This document shows positions 56,802-59,940 of a stretch of 59,940 bases of DNA, piece by piece; within the stretch, counting starts at the first letter, position 1; the number at the start of each line of letters is the position of its first letter. The stretch is taken from positions 76,464 to 136,403 of the forward strand of contig JBAZSC010000004.1 of NCBI GenBank assembly GCA_041662665.1, read 5' to 3'. The position numbers were made by a program, and so were the translations under genes. Origin of the DNA: Patescibacteria group bacterium. GTDB taxonomy: Bacteria; Patescibacteriota; JABMPQ01; JAQVVF01. The notes beneath the pieces were generated by a model. The model ran no database searches and had not been told where the DNA came from. It worked only from the letters and a program-made list of their open reading frames with translations.

Positions 56802-57227
56802 TCAAACTGAAGAGAGCTTTGCCTGCAACCATACCTCTGCTTCCGAACGATCTTTCGTAACATAGAAAAGTTCATCATCTTCAGGGATTCCTGTGAATTC
56901 ATCCCTCGAAGGCTCTTCAACGTAAAAGGAAAAGTATTGAGTTGCCTCTCCTTCTTGTCCGTTATAAACAAGCCGTACAAGCTGTTCATTTCCAAGACCC
57001 GAAAATTCGAATCTAGAACGGATCTTATCGTCGGGGTCAAGATAGTTTGGCATCATTGGAGAGACCGGAAATACCTTTCCAGATGCCACCTCTTCTCGAT
57101 GATTGCCTTTTTTGAAATATGCTATCCAGGCGAATGCCGTTGCTTCCAGCAGTCGATTTCTTGCTTCCTCTTCCTTTTTCAGTGCTTCGCTCCAATCTAC
57201 ACTCAATTGCTCGATGACAGTCATCAT
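56802..57227 (-). CDS. orphan protein, SD-led, translationally coupled to 57224..57493
   Basis: GGAAGGAGGAAGG inside the end of the upstream gene; ATGA overlap; hairpin terminator at ~56768-56790. Confidence 0.55.
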   Translation of the reverse strand: MMTVIEQLSVDWSEALKKEEEARNRLLEATAFAWIAYFKKGNHREEVASGKVFPVSPMMPNYLDPDDKIRSRFEFSGLGNEQLVRLVYNGQEGEATQYFSFYVEEPSRDEFTGIPEDDELFYVTKDRSEAEVWLQAKLSSV

Positions 57228-57493
57228 GACCTTCCTCCTTCCTGAGCTTTCTTCATTGATTCATATTCAGCCTGAAAGAACTGCGTTGCCTCGATCTTCA
57301 ACCTTTCAGCATCTTCAGGCATACAGCGCACGATCAAGAAATGTCTTTCGCCTCCAAAATCAAACGTATGTGGCCAAGAAATCTCAATGTGTTGTTCTTG
57401 AAAATGAAAAAACGTTCTTCGCAATACTTCTTGATCTCTTGCAGTCGGCCCATCAATGGACAACAGTACAAACCAGAAAGGTTCCTTACCCAT
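57224..57493 (-). CDS. orphan protein, SD-led cassette
   Basis: GAGGAGGGAGAG before M13 (MGKEPFWF); ORF-track start 57529 overlaps the -10 element. Confidence 0.55.
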   Translation of the reverse strand: MGKEPFWFVLLSIDGPTARDQEVLRRTFFHFQEQHIEISWPHTFDFGGERHFLIVRCMPEDAERLKIEATQFFQAEYESMKKAQEGGRS

Positions 57494-57527
57494 CTCTCCC
57501 TCCTCTGTGCTCTTGGGACAATACAAC

Positions 57528-57556
57528 AATCTAGCACAAAAATATTATTTTGTCAA
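57528..57556 (-). promoter_or_regulatory. sigma70 promoter TTGACA-17-TAGATT
   Basis: Minus-strand reading upstream of 57224..57493. Confidence 0.5.
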
Positions 57557-57624
57557 TGACACTGTATATCTAAACAAAAAAGCGCGATTATCTCGCGCTT
57601 TAATTACTAATTACTGATTGATAG

Positions 57625-58914
57625 TTACTTCGTCTCTTCAATACAAGTCTTGCGTAACATTTCAAATACTTTTTTATTTTGCATTAATCCTCTTGCATAA
57701 TCCTTATATTCAGGACTCTTAATTTTTTCTACCATTTTTGGATCATGTTGGTAATGAGAAGCAGTATGTTCAATCTCATGTTCTAATTCTTTTTCATCAA
57801 CTTCTATTTTTTCTTGTTTTGTTATTTCTCTCAAGATCAATCCAATCTTAACTCTCTTTTCTGCTCTTTCTCTCAAATCTTTTTTTAATTCTTCCTCAGT
57901 CTTTTTAATACTTTGTAAATATTGATCAAATTGTCCACCAGATGACATTACCATTCCTTTTAATTCTTCAAGCATCTTGTTTAATTCGCTTTCAACTAAA
58001 ACATCAGGAAGCTCAATTGTTGCTTTATCTGCAATCTTGTCCATTAATTCCATTTCAGCTGATCCTCTTGCCTTTTCTGTCGCTTCTAATTCCATATTCT
58101 TCTTTATTTCAGATTTTAATTCAGCAATGCTTGTAAATTTGCCTAAACCTTTTGCAAATTCATCATTTAATTCTGGCAAATGTCTCTCATTAACAGATTT
58201 TACTTCTACCTTAAATTCAACTTCTTTGCCAGCCAAGTTTTTTTGATGATAATCTTTTGGAAAATTTAATTTAAATTCTTTTTTATCTAATGCTTTCAAG
58301 CCAATCAATTGATCTTCAAATCCAGGAATAAATCTGCCTTCGCCAATCACAATTGGATGATCAACGCTTTGTCCTTTATCAACTGGAATATTATCCAAAA
58401 AAGTTTTGAAATCAACAACAACCATATCGCCTTTTTGTGCCGGTCTTTCAATCTTATGTGTAATTGTTCTGCTTTCTTGCAATTGTTTTAAAGCAGCATC
58501 AACTTCACTATCTTTAACTTCAACTTTTTTTTCTTTAACTTTAATAGATTTGTAATCAGGTAATTTAAATTCAGGCAATAAAGCAACTTCAGCAGTAAAA
58601 ATTAATGGATTATTAGGCGCAATTTTCTCAACATTAACTTTTGGTTGGCCAATTGCTTCTAATTTATTATCAATTATTGCTTTGGCATACATTTGTGGCA
58701 ATACAATTGCGCAAGCTTCTTGCCAAACTCTCATCTCGCCAACTTCTTGCTTCACAATATTAGCTGGAATATGGCCAGGTCTAAATCCAGGCATTTTCAT
58801 GTCTTTAGAAATATTTCTTGATGCCAATTCCAATCTACCTTCAATCTCTTTTGGCTCAACTTCAATTCTAATTTTTACGCTTGATTTTGGTAATTTTTCG
58901 ATATTTGCTTTCAT
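57625..58914 (-). CDS. tig: trigger factor
   Basis: N-terminal ribosome-binding region with GFRPGHIP, central FKBP-like domain, C-terminal arm domain. Confidence 0.9.
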   Translation of the reverse strand: MKANIEKLPKSSVKIRIEVEPKEIEGRLELASRNISKDMKMPGFRPGHIPANIVKQEVGEMRVWQEACAIVLPQMYAKAIIDNKLEAIGQPKVNVEKIAPNNPLIFTAEVALLPEFKLPDYKSIKVKEKKVEVKDSEVDAALKQLQESRTITHKIERPAQKGDMVVVDFKTFLDNIPVDKGQSVDHPIVIGEGRFIPGFEDQLIGLKALDKKEFKLNFPKDYHQKNLAGKEVEFKVEVKSVNERHLPELNDEFAKGLGKFTSIAELKSEIKKNMELEATEKARGSAEMELMDKIADKATIELPDVLVESELNKMLEELKGMVMSSGGQFDQYLQSIKKTEEELKKDLRERAEKRVKIGLILREITKQEKIEVDEKELEHEIEHTASHYQHDPKMVEKIKSPEYKDYARGLMQNKKVFEMLRKTCIEETK

Positions 58915-59043
58915 AATTTAATTTAAATAATATCTCTAATTCTATCAGAAAATCTTTCAAAGTCAAGATTTTACTTTGTCCGCCGATTTATCCACCGAAG
59001 CTAAAGCGAAGGTGGAAGCTCAGAAGAGCGAAGGCGGAAAATA

Positions 59044-59072
59044 TTGACATAAGAACAAAATCTAGTTATTAT
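59044..59072 (+). promoter_or_regulatory. sigma70 promoter TTGACA-17-TATTAT
   Basis: Upstream of 59119..59580. Confidence 0.5.
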
Positions 59073-59118
59073 ACATTATACTCTTTATTTATGCAAGCAA
59101 GAGGAGGAGGAAGAGAAA

Positions 59119-59580
59119 ATGACACCAGCCAGAACATTTGAGAACGCTTCAGATGATCTGCTTCTTCTTTGGGTTGAGCAAGGCAATAAGACTTACAGTG
59201 CTCGTATAAAGCTTGTCAAAAGAAATCTACCTGAAATCTGCCAGATTTGTTTGACTAATCAAGATGGCACTCTAGAATATGTTGTCGTAGCTTGCCAAGC
59301 GCCAAAAGATGAGGACTTGCCAGATGGAATTTACTATTATCGATGTGATGCTCATGGAAAATTCGTCAGAGAGCAAGATCTGTTCGCAACAATCTTGAGT
59401 TTGAAAGTTTTGCCAGCAAAAGTCCTTTGCAAAAGAGTTTTTGGTGAGGTCTGGAAAATTACTGATGAGAAGAACAGTTTTTCGAAATTAATCGGAAGAA
59501 CTCCAAATGATTCGCACTTGAAGAGAGACAAGACTCCACAAGAATTTCACACTCAAACTCTTGGTGGAGGAAAGCGATGA
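59119..59580 (+). CDS. orphan 153-aa protein, SD-led, coupled to an XRE regulator
   Basis: GAGGAGGAGG leader; ATGA overlap with the downstream HTH gene. Confidence 0.55.
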   Translation: MTPARTFENASDDLLLLWVEQGNKTYSARIKLVKRNLPEICQICLTNQDGTLEYVVVACQAPKDEDLPDGIYYYRCDAHGKFVREQDLFATILSLKVLPAKVLCKRVFGEVWKITDEKNSFSKLIGRTPNDSHLKRDKTPQEFHTQTLGGGKR

Positions 59581-59798
59581 ATCTTGGTGTAGCAATTAAG
59601 GCTGTAAGAACAAAAAGAAATCTTTCTCAAGCCGAATTTGCTAATTTAGTTGGCTGTTCAGAAAGTCACATCTCATTGATGGAAACAAACAGAAGAAAAC
59701 CAAGTTTTGAAATGCTAGTAAAAATATCTGAAATAACTGAAACGAAATTATCACAGCTCTTTCTCATAGCGGAAATGCTAGATACTACGAATAAATAA
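59577..59798 (+). CDS. XRE-family helix-turn-helix transcriptional regulator
   Basis: IKAVRTKRNLSQAEFANLVGCSESHISLMETNRRKPS HTH_3 pattern; terminator ATAGCC-ATCT-AGGCTAT then T-run follows. Confidence 0.8.
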   Translation: MNLGVAIKAVRTKRNLSQAEFANLVGCSESHISLMETNRRKPSFEMLVKISEITETKLSQLFLIAEMLDTTNK

Positions 59799-59859
59799 CA
59801 CAAAAAACGCACTTTATAGCCATCTAGGCTATTTTTTTTGCAATGGGTAATAACTGGAT

Positions 59860-59940
59860 TTAGCCACCAAATTTAGTAACTAAATCAATTAATAATTCTT
59901 CTTGTTTGTCTAGCGAAATCATTCTATGATTAAATTTCCA
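59860..59940 (-). CDS. C-terminal fragment of a CDS truncated by the window edge
   Basis: Open minus-strand frame ...FNHRMISLDKQEELLIDLVTKFGG ending at TAA (59860-59862 rc). Confidence 0.3.
   Translation of the reverse strand, partial: WKFNHRMISLDKQEELLIDLVTKFGG

Overview
AT-rich, gene-dense bacterial chromosome segment that looks like a reduced Patescibacteria/CPR-type genome (inference from composition, short proteins and 16S peculiarities). It spans the replication-origin neighbourhood (dnaA-dnaN, one perfect DnaA box upstream of dnaA). Housekeeping genes present: thiI, tyrS, ruvC, yebC, PBP1A, bactofilin, trmD, rpsP, smc, rlmE, rnc, nusB, rpmF, tig, a family-4 UDG and an IMPase. There is a stand-alone 16S rRNA gene with an AT-rich V3 expansion, and tRNA-Ile(GAU) and tRNA-Ala(UGC) lie downstream of it in operon order but are separated by protein genes. 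No 23S was recognised. A tightly packed 9-gene minus-strand operon (8702-20236) combines a processive GT2 synthase, three GT4 transferases, a GH-like protein, an APH-type kinase, two ATP-grasp ligases and a Mur-type ligase. It is followed by two more ATP-grasp genes (one fused to a retropepsin-like domain) and a PKD/7TM membrane protein. Three genome-wide patterns stand out. (1) At least ten self-contained cassettes (TTGACA-type promoter, strong GGAGG Shine-Dalgarno, orphan ORFs, hairpin terminator, visibly higher GC) sit between housekeeping genes that have no SD at all. One cassette pair encodes stand-alone GspE/PilB N2-domain proteins next to a tRNA-Ala fragment. (2) Almost every housekeeping intergenic spacer is built from short oligonucleotide 'word' repeats, often as long imperfect palindromes. 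(3) The same words occur in frame inside trmD (and word-like repeats inside rlmE). Also present: hicBA (hicA out of frame at an A7 run), a HEPN/MNT pair, a G12 tract in a promoter spacer, and a 16-nt x5 tandem repeat. No CRISPR array, integrase or transposase was recognised. All calls rest on reading the sequence and ORF translations; no searches were run.
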